From NCBI GenBank assembly GCA_041738615.1, contig JBGSPL010000004.1, forward strand, positions 65,203 to 129,202: a stretch of DNA of 64,000 nucleotides. The letters run 5' to 3'. The position numbers were made by a program, and so were the translations under genes. Shown piece by piece: positions 18,182 to 27,490 of this stretch. Under the pieces are notes generated by a model, which made no database searches, was not told the origin of the DNA, and worked only from the letters and a program-made list of their open reading frames with translations. Position 1 is the first letter of the stretch. Each line of letters opens with the position of its first letter. This DNA is from Patescibacteria group bacterium (GTDB lineage: Bacteria > Patescibacteriota > CPR2 > UBA1875 > CAIMLA01).

Positions 18182-19224
18182 TGGAAGAAGAGAGGGATCA
18201 TAAAGTAACGGTAGAGTTCTCCTTCGTTTCAATCTTTTGGGTTCTCGGTATCATCCTGAGTCTGTGGCTTTTCGTAAACTTACAAGACATATTGATGTCT
18301 TTGGTTTTGGCCTTCATTCTCGCTACTGCTATAGCTCCTGTCATTGACTTACTTCAAAAGAAGAAGGTTCCACGAGCAATCTCTATCACTGTTATTTACT
18401 TGCTGATACTGGGTCTTATAGTGCTGATAGCGAGACTAATATTGCCTCCACTCGCGCAGCAAATAACTGGTCTTTTCCAGAACAGAATGAGCTATATTGA
18501 TACGATTTCTGGGTATTTCGGTAGTTTTAGTGAACCGATACGCATGAACATGACTAGTGCCGTGAATAAGTTCTCTGGAACATTTACGAACCTGAACTAC
18601 TCGGGTCTCGTGACTGGTGCAAAAGATATTTTCTCTGGCCTTATCGACATAATCTTAGTTTTTGTCTTAAGCTTCTATTTTCTTCTTTCCAAAAATGGTA
18701 TCGAGAACACAATCACCCAGTACGTGCCGAAACAGCATCAGAAGAGGGTTACCTTTCTTTTTAGAAAAATCTCCAAGAAGATGAGTGCCTGGTTACAAGG
18801 TCAGGTATTTCTAGGGCTCATCATCTTTGCCGTGAATTTCGTTGGGCTTAGCATCCTGCGGGTTGATTATGCTCTTACTTTGGCAATAATCTCCGGGCTT
18901 CTCGAAGTATTACCGATTATTGGACCTTGGGTTTCTGGTGGTCTGGCCACTATCGTGGCCCTCACCATGTCGCCTATCCTAGGTCTAATCGTGGCTTCTT
19001 GGTACGTTTTGGTGCAGCAGCTAGAGAACCACATTATCGTACCTATGGTGATGAAGAAGTCACTCGGGCTCAATCCTATTGCTGTGATTCTCGCCCTACT
19101 TATTGGTGGTAAACTACTCGGGATTCTTGGTATAATTATCTCTGTGCCAGTCGCTGCCGCTATAGGTGTATTGCTGGAAGAATTTGTGAAGATTAAGGAA
19201 ACGGAGGCAACGGGTGGAAATTAG
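18181..19224 (+). CDS. AI-2E family transporter (PerM/UPF0118)
   Basis: 8 TM helices, QQLENHIIVPMVM motif. Confidence 0.8.
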   Translation: MEEERDHKVTVEFSFVSIFWVLGIILSLWLFVNLQDILMSLVLAFILATAIAPVIDLLQKKKVPRAISITVIYLLILGLIVLIARLILPPLAQQITGLFQNRMSYIDTISGYFGSFSEPIRMNMTSAVNKFSGTFTNLNYSGLVTGAKDIFSGLIDIILVFVLSFYFLLSKNGIENTITQYVPKQHQKRVTFLFRKISKKMSAWLQGQVFLGLIIFAVNFVGLSILRVDYALTLAIISGLLEVLPIIGPWVSGGLATIVALTMSPILGLIVASWYVLVQQLENHIIVPMVMKKSLGLNPIAVILALLIGGKLLGILGIIISVPVAAAIGVLLEEFVKIKETEATGGN

Positions 19225-19846
19225 TTATCTCGGACAGTCGTGTTTTAAGGTTACAGGCAAGAAAATTACGGTCCTCACCGACCCATTTGATCCAGCCGTC
19301 GTCGGCATCAAGCTCGGGAAACAGGATGCAGACGTGGTAACTGTCAGTCATAACCACAAAGACCACAACAACCTCTCGGTAGTAAAGAGCGAAGAGTATT
19401 TGGTCCTAGATTCACCTGGCGAATACGAAGTAAAAGAATCTGAGTTTGTCGGTGTAGAAGCCTATCATGACGAGAACCAGGGCGCAGATCGTGGCAAGGT
19501 CACGATGTTTGCTTTTGAAGTCGACGGAATAAAGATTGCTCATCTAGGAGATGTGGGAACAGAGCTCACTAGTGCCCAGCTCGATTGTTTAGACGGCGTA
19601 GATATACTTATGCTTCCAGTAGGCGGTCACAAGCATATAGACGCCAAGATGGCGGTAAAGGTAGCAACTCAGATAGAGCCAAAGATTATCCTGCCGATGC
19701 ACTACAAGATGGTGGAAGGTTCTGAGTTTGACCCAGTTGATAACTTCTATCACGAGATGGCAGTGAAGCCTGAGCTTCAGGATAAGCTGAAAATCCAGAA
19801 GAAGGATTTACCACTAGAGCTCACAGTTGTAGCACTTAAATACTAA
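19214..19846 (+). CDS. MBL-fold metallo-hydrolase
   Basis: VSHNHKDH (H.H.DH) motif. Confidence 0.8.
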   Translation: MEISYLGQSCFKVTGKKITVLTDPFDPAVVGIKLGKQDADVVTVSHNHKDHNNLSVVKSEEYLVLDSPGEYEVKESEFVGVEAYHDENQGADRGKVTMFAFEVDGIKIAHLGDVGTELTSAQLDCLDGVDILMLPVGGHKHIDAKMAVKVATQIEPKIILPMHYKMVEGSEFDPVDNFYHEMAVKPELQDKLKIQKKDLPLELTVVALKY

Positions 19847-19854
19847 ACACTTTA

Positions 19855-19884
19855 AAAACCGCCCAGAAGCCTGGGCGGTTTTTG
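19855..19884. terminator. bidirectional intrinsic terminator between convergent genes
   Basis: aaaaaccgcccag-aagc-ctgggcggttttt. Confidence 0.8.
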
Positions 19885-20724
19885 TTATGCTAGAGAGACG
19901 ATATTCATGAAGAGGAGTAGGAATGCGAAGCAGTTTATGAGTAGGGCAGAGCGGAACTCAAACATATGTTTCTTGCTGGTATGCAGTCCACAACGACGAA
20001 GCTCAATGCCGTCAAAGACGATTAGCATAAAGAGCATTCCCCAGAGGATAAAGTAAGCAAGCTTGCTGTCGCTGACAGGACTTAGTAGATTCAGCGCAGG
20101 TTCGCTCTTGGCCCCCATAACGAGGGTCGTAAAGTTGCTGGTCTGGGTAGGCGCGGTCTTCGGCCGGCCAAACATTTGAACCATCACATTATTATCTTTT
20201 CCATCCAGCGTAATCGAACCAACGGCGACCCCAATCTCGGTAAAATTGCTGTTTAGAAGATTCTCTCGGTGTTTTGGTGACTCGGTCCAGGCCTTTACCA
20301 CTCCCTCGGCCGTACTGAAGCCCTTCCCGAGGTTTTCCCCGGCATATGCGTAATTGTAGCCGACACCCTCAATAAATGACCAGGGCTGGGCTCCAGAGGG
20401 GGAAGTATGATCCCAATAGCTATTCTTTTGCATGTCTGCGATTTTGTCGTTGGCGGCCTGGTCGAGCTGTGAGCTCTCCGCTAGTACTCCGAGTGAGTTA
20501 CTAGCTCGAAAAGTATTGGTTCTCTCGATGACTTCCTTGCTATCCGGCATCTGGGCCGCAAGGCTATGAGAAGGGTTAATGTAAAAGCCGCCAGTAAAGA
20601 GCTGGGCCGCTGCTAGTAATGCCGAAAGGAAGGCCGCCAGCTTGTGGTTGGTCTTCTTTGTTTTGGTCTTACAAGCCCTTTTGGGTTGTAAAGATCTAGT
20701 TGTAGTCTTTTTCCCTGCCATCTT
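19885..20724 (-). CDS. CAP (SCP/PR-1-like) domain secreted/membrane protein; start at ATG 20724 (MAGKK), not 20766
   Basis: YWDHTSP...GENL...WTESPKHRENLL...FTEIGVAV CAP motifs; extended -10 ttgttataat upstream; ATG at 20766 lies inside a terminator hairpin. Confidence 0.7.
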   Translation of the reverse strand, partial: KMAGKKTTTRSLQPKRACKTKTKKTNHKLAAFLSALLAAAQLFTGGFYINPSHSLAAQMPDSKEVIERTNTFRASNSLGVLAESSQLDQAANDKIADMQKNSYWDHTSPSGAQPWSFIEGVGYNYAYAGENLGKGFSTAEGVVKAWTESPKHRENLLNSNFTEIGVAVGSITLDGKDNNVMVQMFGRPKTAPTQTSNFTTLVMGAKSEPALNLLSPVSDSKLAYFILWGMLFMLIVFDGIELRRCGLHTSKKHMFEFRSALLINCFAFLLLFMNIVSLA

Positions 20725-20748
20725 GAGCTTATTATAACAAAGTCGGAT

Positions 20749-20777
20749 AAAAAAAGAGAGACCCACATGGGTCTCTC
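20749..20777 (-). terminator. intrinsic terminator (minus strand) after surface-protein gene
   Basis: gagagaccc-acat-gggtctctc followed (minus) by ttttttt. Confidence 0.7.
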
Positions 20778-20792
20778 AAGAGAGAAGGCAAA

Positions 20793-22889
20793 TTACTTCC
20801 TAACGGTTCTCTTCCCTAGTACGAGCCACCAGTAGCCGAAGGCTGCGACTGCAGCTATAGCTAGTAATGCCCATAACCATCTTGCAATTCCCATGACGGT
20901 TGTGTTCCACCAGGTTGGAGAGTCGGTATCACCTTTTACTTCGGTAACGTCTTCGCTGTTACCAGCGACAGTGGTACCGCTAGGAGTTGAAGCTGTGGTG
21001 TTGTCTGTGCTCACTCCTGCCACTTCTCCGGTACTAACTGACGAACTAGTGGTGTCCGTTATTTGTGCCACTGTTGTGTTTCCCGAGCTCGCAGCTGGGG
21101 TAATAGGCGTTGGTATTGGAGCGGTGTTTGCAACCCATTGAGCTACGAATGTAGCATTATTAGAGGCCATTGTGGAAGGTATCGCAGGACTCCAGCCATC
21201 GAATGTGTAACCAGTCTTGGTTGGATCTGCAGGTACTGCAATGGCTGCGCCAAAGTCAGTTGGTACTACTGTGAGTACACCATCTACATTGAAGGTTGCG
21301 TCATATGAGTTTACCGTCCACTGTGCCACAAAAGTGACATCATTTGCAGGCATTGTCTCTGGTACTAGTGGCAACCAGCCATCGAATGTGTAACCAGTCT
21401 TAGTTGGATCTGCAGGTACTGCAATGGCTGCGCCAAAGTCAGTTGGTACTACTGTGAGTACACCATCTACATTGAAGGTTGCGTCATACATCACCACAGG
21501 ATTGTTAACAGTAAAAGAGGCAGAGGTATCTGAGAACTGTGTCATAGCACCATTTACTGCTCCTAGAAATATGCCGTGAGTTTCAGCTACTGTAGGGCTG
21601 GCGTTGTCAAAAGCTATTTGGAAATGGAAACTGACGGTTTGGCCGACAGCAAGCGTAGGTGTATTTACCGGCAAGCTAAATATCTCAAGTCTGCAATTAC
21701 CCATCCAGTCACACGTTTCATTTGGAACGGTGATGGGTGTAACAGTTGGACCATCAACGTAGTTGAAGGTTTTGATGCCGGATTTTCGGATGTTTGATAT
21801 TGACATCCACCAGTAGCCAATACTGTAAGGAGAGGCGGTGTCGTTGGTGATAGTATAGGTGAAGTCAGCTGGGACAGTAGCGCCACTAAGCACAGTAGCA
21901 GGGGAGCCAGAAACAGTGATAGTGGGTGTGGTGGTAGGTGTGTTTGAAGCAAAATATGCAGTCACAGAAATGTCGGCAGAAACAAAGAGGTCTGTCCTCG
22001 CAGCGGTAAGAACTCCGTCGCTCCAACTAGTAAAGTGGTAGCCTGTATTCGGCACTGCCGTCACGGTGGTACCATCGGCGAGAGCACTAACCGATTGAGC
22101 CGTATTACCCGAAATCAAACCGTTAGCTCCTGCAGTGTAGGTAAGTGTGTAGGACGCGGCAAGAACAGGGTTGACCGTGTAGGTGCCTGTAGTGTAACCC
22201 TGATTAATCATGTTGTCGGCAATAATATCCATCGTGTACATGCCGGCAGATAGATAATCGATTGCAGATCCATTCCAGGTACCATCGCCATTATTTGTAG
22301 GATAGATTACGGAATAGACGGAATAATCATCATTATGAATTATTACCGTGACGTAAGCCGACGGATCATCTATGGATCCTGAAACTATGGGGAGTGAAAG
22401 AGTATCTGTGGTTACTGGGTTCACAGTAACTATTGGTGTAGAAGTGCTAAGGTCTCTAATTATGGACGATGTTGTATACGTAGTAATTCCGCTGCTATTC
22501 GCTACACCCATTTCTACCTCGATATTAGGAGCGGCCAGGGTTGATGTATCGGGGTATGCGAAACAAGAGCCGCTACCAAAAATCGGATTGCCCGGATTGT
22601 CGGTATCAGCGGAATACGTACCCGAAAGCCACCCTGTCCAAGCATCTGCACTTGATTTGTATCGATATGTGCAAGAGACCAGCTCATAAAATGAATCCGT
22701 CGCGTGTATGCGGAATTCAGGAGTGAAATTTGTTGCTGTACCACTATCAGGGTTAACTGATAATTGCTCATCAATGATTGGCCCTACCGCTGCAAAAACT
22801 GGTGTTGCCCCCATGAAAAGCATCGGCACTGTGAGTGCGACGATAGCCATCCCCGAGATTACTTTTCTGAATTTTTCTAGAATCTTCAT
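20793..22889 (-). CDS. secreted surface protein with two tandem Listeria-Bacteroides (Flg_new-type) repeats and C-terminal TM anchor; start at second ATG (MKILEKF)
   Basis: Signal peptide ...ATPVFAAVG; repeats YDATFNVDGVLTVVPTDFGAAIAVPADPTKTGYTFDGW..ATFVAQW x2; C-terminal WWLVLGKRTVRK anchor; SD ggagaa before second ATG. Confidence 0.7.
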   Translation of the reverse strand: MKILEKFRKVISGMAIVALTVPMLFMGATPVFAAVGPIIDEQLSVNPDSGTATNFTPEFRIHATDSFYELVSCTYRYKSSADAWTGWLSGTYSADTDNPGNPIFGSGSCFAYPDTSTLAAPNIEVEMGVANSSGITTYTTSSIIRDLSTSTPIVTVNPVTTDTLSLPIVSGSIDDPSAYVTVIIHNDDYSVYSVIYPTNNGDGTWNGSAIDYLSAGMYTMDIIADNMINQGYTTGTYTVNPVLAASYTLTYTAGANGLISGNTAQSVSALADGTTVTAVPNTGYHFTSWSDGVLTAARTDLFVSADISVTAYFASNTPTTTPTITVSGSPATVLSGATVPADFTYTITNDTASPYSIGYWWMSISNIRKSGIKTFNYVDGPTVTPITVPNETCDWMGNCRLEIFSLPVNTPTLAVGQTVSFHFQIAFDNASPTVAETHGIFLGAVNGAMTQFSDTSASFTVNNPVVMYDATFNVDGVLTVVPTDFGAAIAVPADPTKTGYTFDGWLPLVPETMPANDVTFVAQWTVNSYDATFNVDGVLTVVPTDFGAAIAVPADPTKTGYTFDGWSPAIPSTMASNNATFVAQWVANTAPIPTPITPAASSGNTTVAQITDTTSSSVSTGEVAGVSTDNTTASTPSGTTVAGNSEDVTEVKGDTDSPTWWNTTVMGIARWLWALLAIAAVAAFGYWWLVLGKRTVRK
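21192..21305. repeat. 114-bp direct repeat copy 1 (1 mismatch to copy 2) inside surface-protein gene
   Basis: ccagccatcgaatgtgtaaccagtcttggttggatctgcaggtactgcaatggctgcgccaaagtcagttggtactactgtgagtacaccatctacattgaaggttgcgtcata. Confidence 0.85.
21376..21489. repeat. 114-bp direct repeat copy 2
   Basis: identical to 21192..21305 except g/a at one position; 184-bp period equals one protein repeat unit. Confidence 0.85.
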
Positions 22890-23125
22890 ATCGATTCTCC
22901 TTTCCACCCCTCAACTCTTAGAATTTAGTATCTTTAAACAAATTAGGCACAAACCAATAGAAAGAAGTGTAAACTTCCTCCCATAAGCTCATGCCCATAG
23001 AAGTACCTAATTGTATTTTTTGTTTTTTAGGGCTAGTTTGGCCCCTAAGATGATGAGTGCCCTTAGTCGCTACCAAAGACATTCTTATTATACACCTAGA
23101 GGTCAATGGGGTAATAGTCATGGAA

Positions 23126-23152
23126 TAAAAAAACCGGCCCTAGGGCCGGTTT
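23126..23152 (-). terminator. intrinsic terminator after rpmB (minus strand)
   Basis: ccggccc-tag-ggccgg with A-run on plus (T-run on minus). Confidence 0.75.
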
Positions 23153-23163
23153 ATATGTCTATA

Positions 23164-23346
23164 TTATTTAGCGACTTTGCTTGCTGTCTTGATGCATTTG
23201 GTACAAGCTTTTACGCGTTTAGTTTCGCCTGCTGGAGTAAACCATTGCAAATTTGGTAGCCATCGACGCTTGGTCTTGGCATGTGAGTGACTGACATTAT
23301 TACCTGCCATTGGCTTTTTTCCGCAAACTCTACATTCTACGCTCAT
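23164..23346 (-). CDS. rpmB: 50S ribosomal protein L28
   Basis: [35 protein letters not shown] matches L28 N-terminal signature. Confidence 0.9.
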   Translation of the reverse strand: MSVECRVCGKKPMAGNNVSHSHAKTKRRWLPNLQWFTPAGETKRVKACTKCIKTASKVAK

Positions 23347-23422
23347 TACTGGGCTCCTCGTTTGAATTACAACGTGGTAAATGTTATCATAATCTCACTT
23401 TAAGGTCAAGGATAAATACGCT

Positions 23423-24055
23423 ATGTTACTACTCAAATTCATCCAATTTCCAGAGCTTATTCTATATATTCCGGTTTCACTGATTATCGGTATTACAGTT
23501 CATGAATTTATGCATGCTTGGACTGCGAATTTTCTTGGCGATCCAACTCCCAAGAAGTTCGGCCGTCTGTCCTTAAATCCTTTGGCTCACCTAGAGCCCA
23601 TCGGTACCCTGGCACTTCTGTTTCTCGGATTTGGATGGGGCAAGCCCGTACCTGTAAACCCAAACAACTTCAAGAATCCACGTCTTGGCTCGGCACTTAC
23701 TTCGATAGCAGGGCCGCTGACTAATCTGCTCGTTGCCGATGTACTGGCAATTGCATACCGTTTTAGCGGGCTTACTACCTCTACTTTGGGTGGCAGGGTA
23801 ATCTTGGCAATCATCTTTTACAATCTACTACTAATGGTGTTCAATCTGATCCCGATACCTCCGCTAGATGGTGCAGGGTTTGTGGCACTTTTCTTCCCCA
23901 GTTTCGATAGCGACAAGTTCCACCAGATTGGGCCTATAATTCTGATAATCATCCTGCTTTTTACGGGATTTACCTTCATATTGCCGATACTTTTCTATAT
24001 TCTCAAACTTATCGGTATAAACCCCACGAGTATCTACTTCCTATTCTCCGGTTAG
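23423..24055 (+). CDS. site-2 protease family (peptidase M50) membrane metalloprotease
   Basis: HEFMHA (HExxH) and LIPIPPLDG motifs. Confidence 0.8.
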   Translation: MLLLKFIQFPELILYIPVSLIIGITVHEFMHAWTANFLGDPTPKKFGRLSLNPLAHLEPIGTLALLFLGFGWGKPVPVNPNNFKNPRLGSALTSIAGPLTNLLVADVLAIAYRFSGLTTSTLGGRVILAIIFYNLLLMVFNLIPIPPLDGAGFVALFFPSFDSDKFHQIGPIILIIILLFTGFTFILPILFYILKLIGINPTSIYFLFSG

Positions 24056-24069
24056 CGATTATTCGTTGT

Positions 24070-24122
24070 GGGGGTCCCGAAATCCGTAGGATTTAAGGGG
24101 AAGAGGAGCAGCCACGAAGTGG
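24070..24122 (+). repeat. tRNA-upstream conserved hairpin element, copy 3 (GGGGTCC - hairpin cccgaaatcc/ggatttaaggg - AAGAGGAGCAGCC), 51 nt upstream of tRNA-Pro
   Basis: Same flanks as copies at 9152 and 9430; stem sequence differs but pairing is preserved. Confidence 0.5.
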
Positions 24123-24172
24123 TGAAGTAATCGGCATTGGCGAATTATTGAACATGTAGTGTACTGCGACGA

Positions 24173-24248
24173 CGGGGTGTAGCGCAGCTGGTAGCGCGTA
24201 CGGCTGGGGGCCGTGAGGTCGCAGGTTCAAGTCCTGTCACCCCGACCA
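24173..24248 (+). tRNA. tRNA-Pro (anticodon GGG)
   Basis: Acceptor CGGGGTG/CACCCCG, anticodon loop cTGGGGg, T-loop GGTTCAAGTCC, CCA encoded. Confidence 0.9.
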
Positions 24249-24396
24249 CGTCATAACAATATTCCAATAATCGCAGACCATCAAGGTGGCTGCTTTTATT
24301 TACATATTATTATTCCTTTCCGATCAAAACAGTCGTTTCGATCGGGTACCGAGGAGACGGTGCAGGCGAGGGGGTTTTTCTGCTATACTATTTACT

Positions 24397-25284
24397 ATGA
24401 GATGCGACGAAGAAGTAATCAGAAGACTCCTTGTCAGGAAAAAGAGCCGCAAGGATGACTATAAGATAGGACTAATAGTACAGGGAGGAGGGATGCGAGG
24501 CGCCTTTTCTAGCGGTGCTATGATGGGTCTCGACGATCTTGGGCTTACAAACGCTTTCGATTACGTTTATGGAGCGTCGTCAGGTAGTTGCGCCGGAGCT
24601 TATCTTTTGTCCGGGCAGATTCAGAAATCCGGGCCTATATATTGGGAATATCTCCATAGCTTTCGCTTTATTAAGCCTTGGCAGTGGGGGAGAATTTTGG
24701 ACCTCGATTACCTTTGTGACGATTTGTTCCGTAACGAACACAAGCTAGACGTCAAAAAACTACGAAAAAACCCGGCTGTTCTAAAGGTATTCCTTACAGA
24801 TAGTAAGACCGGACGTAGCGAATTTGTTACCAATCGTGACGACGACGATATGGTCACGGCGATCAAGGCTTCTTGCTCGTTACCTGCCTACTATAAGGAG
24901 CCGATAGAGCTACGGGGAAGATCTTACTATGATGGTAATGTCGGTAAGGCACTCGCCTTTGAGGAGGCACTTCGCGATGGGTGTACCGATTTGCTGGTAA
25001 TAACTACAGTAGCTGAGCACGCAAAAGACTCACTATTTTTGAGCCGTTTTCTGACATTCGGTTTCAGTAGTAAAGTTCGCGAGATGGTAAAGCCAAAGTT
25101 ACTAAATTACCAGGCGAATCTCGACATGGTATTTGGACGCAAGAAGTTCAAGGGGGTAAATATATATACAATTGCCCCATCCTCTACACTATTTAGGGCC
25201 GAAATCCGCCAGAAGGTTCTGGAAAAAACAGGGAAGCAAGGGCATGACGCAGTAATTAAGGCATTCGAGAAAGGAAGTAAATGA
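24397..25284 (+). CDS. patatin-like phospholipase family protein (start at ATG 24397 preferred over GTG 24286)
   Basis: GGGMRGAFSSG oxyanion motif, GASSG (GxSxG) nucleophile elbow, YYDGNV catalytic Asp. Confidence 0.75.
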   Translation: MRCDEEVIRRLLVRKKSRKDDYKIGLIVQGGGMRGAFSSGAMMGLDDLGLTNAFDYVYGASSGSCAGAYLLSGQIQKSGPIYWEYLHSFRFIKPWQWGRILDLDYLCDDLFRNEHKLDVKKLRKNPAVLKVFLTDSKTGRSEFVTNRDDDDMVTAIKASCSLPAYYKEPIELRGRSYYDGNVGKALAFEEALRDGCTDLLVITTVAEHAKDSLFLSRFLTFGFSSKVREMVKPKLLNYQANLDMVFGRKKFKGVNIYTIAPSSTLFRAEIRQKVLEKTGKQGHDAVIKAFEKGSK

Positions 25285-25685
25285 ACAAACTAATAATCAA
25301 TACAGACGGAGGGTCTCGCGGCAATCCCGGGCCAGCTGGTATCGGGGTGGTGTTTAGCGACGAAGAGGGGGAAGTAATTGCTTCTTTCAAGGAGTGTATC
25401 GGGGAGGAAACAAATAACACCGCAGAGTATCGTGCGCTTATCTTGGCACTTACGAAAGCGAAGGACTTTGAATTCACCGAGGCAGAGTGTCGGCTCGATA
25501 GTGAGCTGGTCGTCAAGCAACTGCTCGGACAATACAAAGTAAAAGATGCCAAGATGAAGGTGCTGTATGCACAAGTTCAAGAACTGATGTTCTTCCGCCC
25601 AGTGAAGTTTGTCCATGTGCGCCGTGAGTTCAATAAATTAGCGGATACCCTGGTAAATGAGGCGCTAGACGAAGCCGGATTTTAG
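25281..25685 (+). CDS. rnhA: ribonuclease HI
   Basis: TDGGSRGNPGPAG...NNTAEYRAL...DSELVVKQ motifs. Confidence 0.85.
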   Translation: MNKLIINTDGGSRGNPGPAGIGVVFSDEEGEVIASFKECIGEETNNTAEYRALILALTKAKDFEFTEAECRLDSELVVKQLLGQYKVKDAKMKVLYAQVQELMFFRPVKFVHVRREFNKLADTLVNEALDEAGF

Positions 25686-25697
25686 TCTTGTCATATA

Positions 25698-25716
25698 TTG
25701 ACAAGTGTGTTATAAT
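25698..25716 (+). promoter_or_regulatory. rnpB promoter: extended -10 tgtTATAAT (25708..25716); upstream TTGACA lies too close (7 nt) to be a canonical -35
   Basis: TSS expected about 7 nt downstream at the first base of the P1 stem (about 25723). Confidence 0.5.
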
Positions 25717-25722
25717 ATATAA

Positions 25723-26115
25723 GTTCAGCTAGCTAGACAATCGCCCCTTCGGGGGAGGAAAGTCCGGGCACTACATGATTGGAATAGTTGCTAACGGCAA
25801 CCGGTCGTGAGGCTAGGGAAAGTGCCACAGAGACAAAACTGCCGATGACCCGTAAGGGCACAGGTGATGGTGAAAAGAGTGAGGTAAGAGCTCACAGTGA
25901 GTAGTGGTGACACTATTCAGAGGTAAACCCTATTTGGTGCAAGACAGGTGGGCTAGGGTAAGGTCGATATGATCGCCTTGGGTAAAATCCAAGGCAGTCT
26001 CTAATTCGAAAAAGTTGTAATCAGAACCCCTTACCTGCGGTCCTGTCGCGTAGATAGATGATTGTCAGATCCTAGTAATAGGACGAACAAAACCCGGCTT
26101 ACCGGCTAACTGAAC
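25723..26115 (+). ncRNA. rnpB: RNase P RNA, bacterial type A
   Basis: P4 signature AGGAAAGTCCGGGC near 5' end and ACAAAACCCGGCTTA near 3' end; P1 pairing GTTCAGCTAGC/GCTAACTGAAC; about 393 nt. Confidence 0.85.
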
Positions 26116-26120
26116 ATTAA

Positions 26121-26147
26121 AAAATCCGACTTCTTGTCGGATTTTTT
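26121..26147. terminator. bidirectional intrinsic terminator after rnpB
   Basis: aaaaatccgac-ttctt-gtcggatttttt. Confidence 0.8.
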
Positions 26148-26430
26148 AGTACTTGATATTCCAGTGAGAGAGGAGCGAGTCAAAGAGGTTCGTCTTATAG
26201 AATACGAGTCCCAACGCGCAAACTACCAGCACGAAGACACCAATGATAACCAGGGTGCTACGGAGGTCCTTGCCGATAAACTTGTCTTGTGGGCTGAGAG
26301 AAGTCTTTTTGCTGTGATTCTCGGCAACTGCCTCCACGCTTTTGCGAATAGCGGGATTCTTTGTGAGATGCTCCAGATGGTGTCTGGTAACCTCTTTCTC
26401 AATCCTAGTTTTTATCTTTTTCTTGCTCAT
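26146..26430 (-). CDS. small C-terminally TM-anchored basic protein, unknown function
   Basis: 94-aa ORF; stop lies within terminator U-tract. Confidence 0.4.
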   Translation of the reverse strand: MSKKKIKTRIEKEVTRHHLEHLTKNPAIRKSVEAVAENHSKKTSLSPQDKFIGKDLRSTLVIIGVFVLVVCALGLVFYKTNLFDSLLSHWNIKY

Positions 26431-26517
26431 AATACCTTATGATTATAGAGCAGATAGGGCGTGTTGTCATCAAAAACTTGAAAATTCGCCCAGAATAGTC
26501 GATAATTGGGGCACGAA

Positions 26518-26983
26518 GATGGTGGATATGACTACGATAGCTTTAATACTCATCGCAGTTCTGCTTTTGTGGAACGGCATTTTGACGTACATTTTTATCC
26601 GCACACGGAAACAGAATGAGCTGTTCTTTGACGATGGCAGCAAGAATCTACGAGATCTAGTGACGAGAGCAATCACCGAAAATAAGGCGATACATCAGCG
26701 TGCTGCGAAGATAGAGGGTAGTATCGATCAGATCTCGGCTATCATCAAGAATAGCTATCAAAAGTTTGCGATGGTAAGATATAATCCTTTCTCTGACACT
26801 GGTGGAGACCAGAGCTTTAGCCTGGCACTTCTAGACCTGAACAACAACGGATTTGTGATTACTAGCATTCACGGGCGTGAAGTGAATAGGATATATGCCA
26901 AACAGGTTGTGGGTGGCAAATCGAGTCATAATTTAAGCGCCGAAGAGGAAGAGGCGATAAGGAGAGCGGTAAATGAAAAATAA
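26518..26983 (+). CDS. DUF4446-family protein (start at ATG 26518)
   Basis: N-terminal TM helix; VRYNPFSDTGGDQSFSLALLDLNNNGFVITSIHGRE pattern. Confidence 0.55.
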
Positions 26984-27416
26984 AGGAGATGGCATGTTCG
27001 AGAAACGCGAAGAAACCCACGTAAGTGGCGCTGCCGAAACGATTGTCGGGACATCGGTAAAACTAAAGGGAAATCTACGTAGCGAAGGCGACATTACCGT
27101 CGATGGTAGTGTAAATGGCGAGATCAAGACCAAGGGAACTGTAAACATTGGACCCAATGCTCACATTATTGCAAACGTGCAGGCAAAGAACGTTGTTATC
27201 GCAGGGACTGTCCAGGGCAATGTAGTCGCGAACGAGCGGCTAAATATCACTGAGTCGGGGAGAGTTTATGGTGACATTTCGGCCAATATTCTAGCAATTT
27301 CAGCCGGAGCTATCTTTACGGGCAAATCTACAATGGCAGAAGCTATTATGCAGCCAGAGATTGAGCTCACCTTAGAGACCGAAGAAGTCGTTCTCGAAGA
27401 AAAAGCAGCAAAATAG
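26973..27416 (+). CDS. bactofilin family cytoskeletal protein
   Basis: Repetitive beta-helical pattern IGPNAHIIANVQAKNVVIAGTVQGNVVANERLNITESGRVYGDI. Confidence 0.75.
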   Translation: MKNKGDGMFEKREETHVSGAAETIVGTSVKLKGNLRSEGDITVDGSVNGEIKTKGTVNIGPNAHIIANVQAKNVVIAGTVQGNVVANERLNITESGRVYGDISANILAISAGAIFTGKSTMAEAIMQPEIELTLETEEVVLEEKAAK

Positions 27417-27490
27417 TATTCGGATCTCAAATAGGGCGGTTATTGCTGCTATTTTGTACTGAAAAATAATCAAAGAATCGAAGATTTAAT

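Noticed and set aside
20725-20766. Longer start (ATG 20766) for the CAP-domain gene
   Set aside because: That ATG lies inside the stem of the upstream gene's intrinsic terminator; the extended -10 promoter sits between it and ATG 20724.
24286-24396. Upstream GTG-start extension of the patatin-like gene beginning 38 nt after tRNA-Pro
   Set aside because: The extension translates to a non-protein-like Arg/Cys-rich sequence. The patatin domain begins just after ATG 24397, which is the conservative start.
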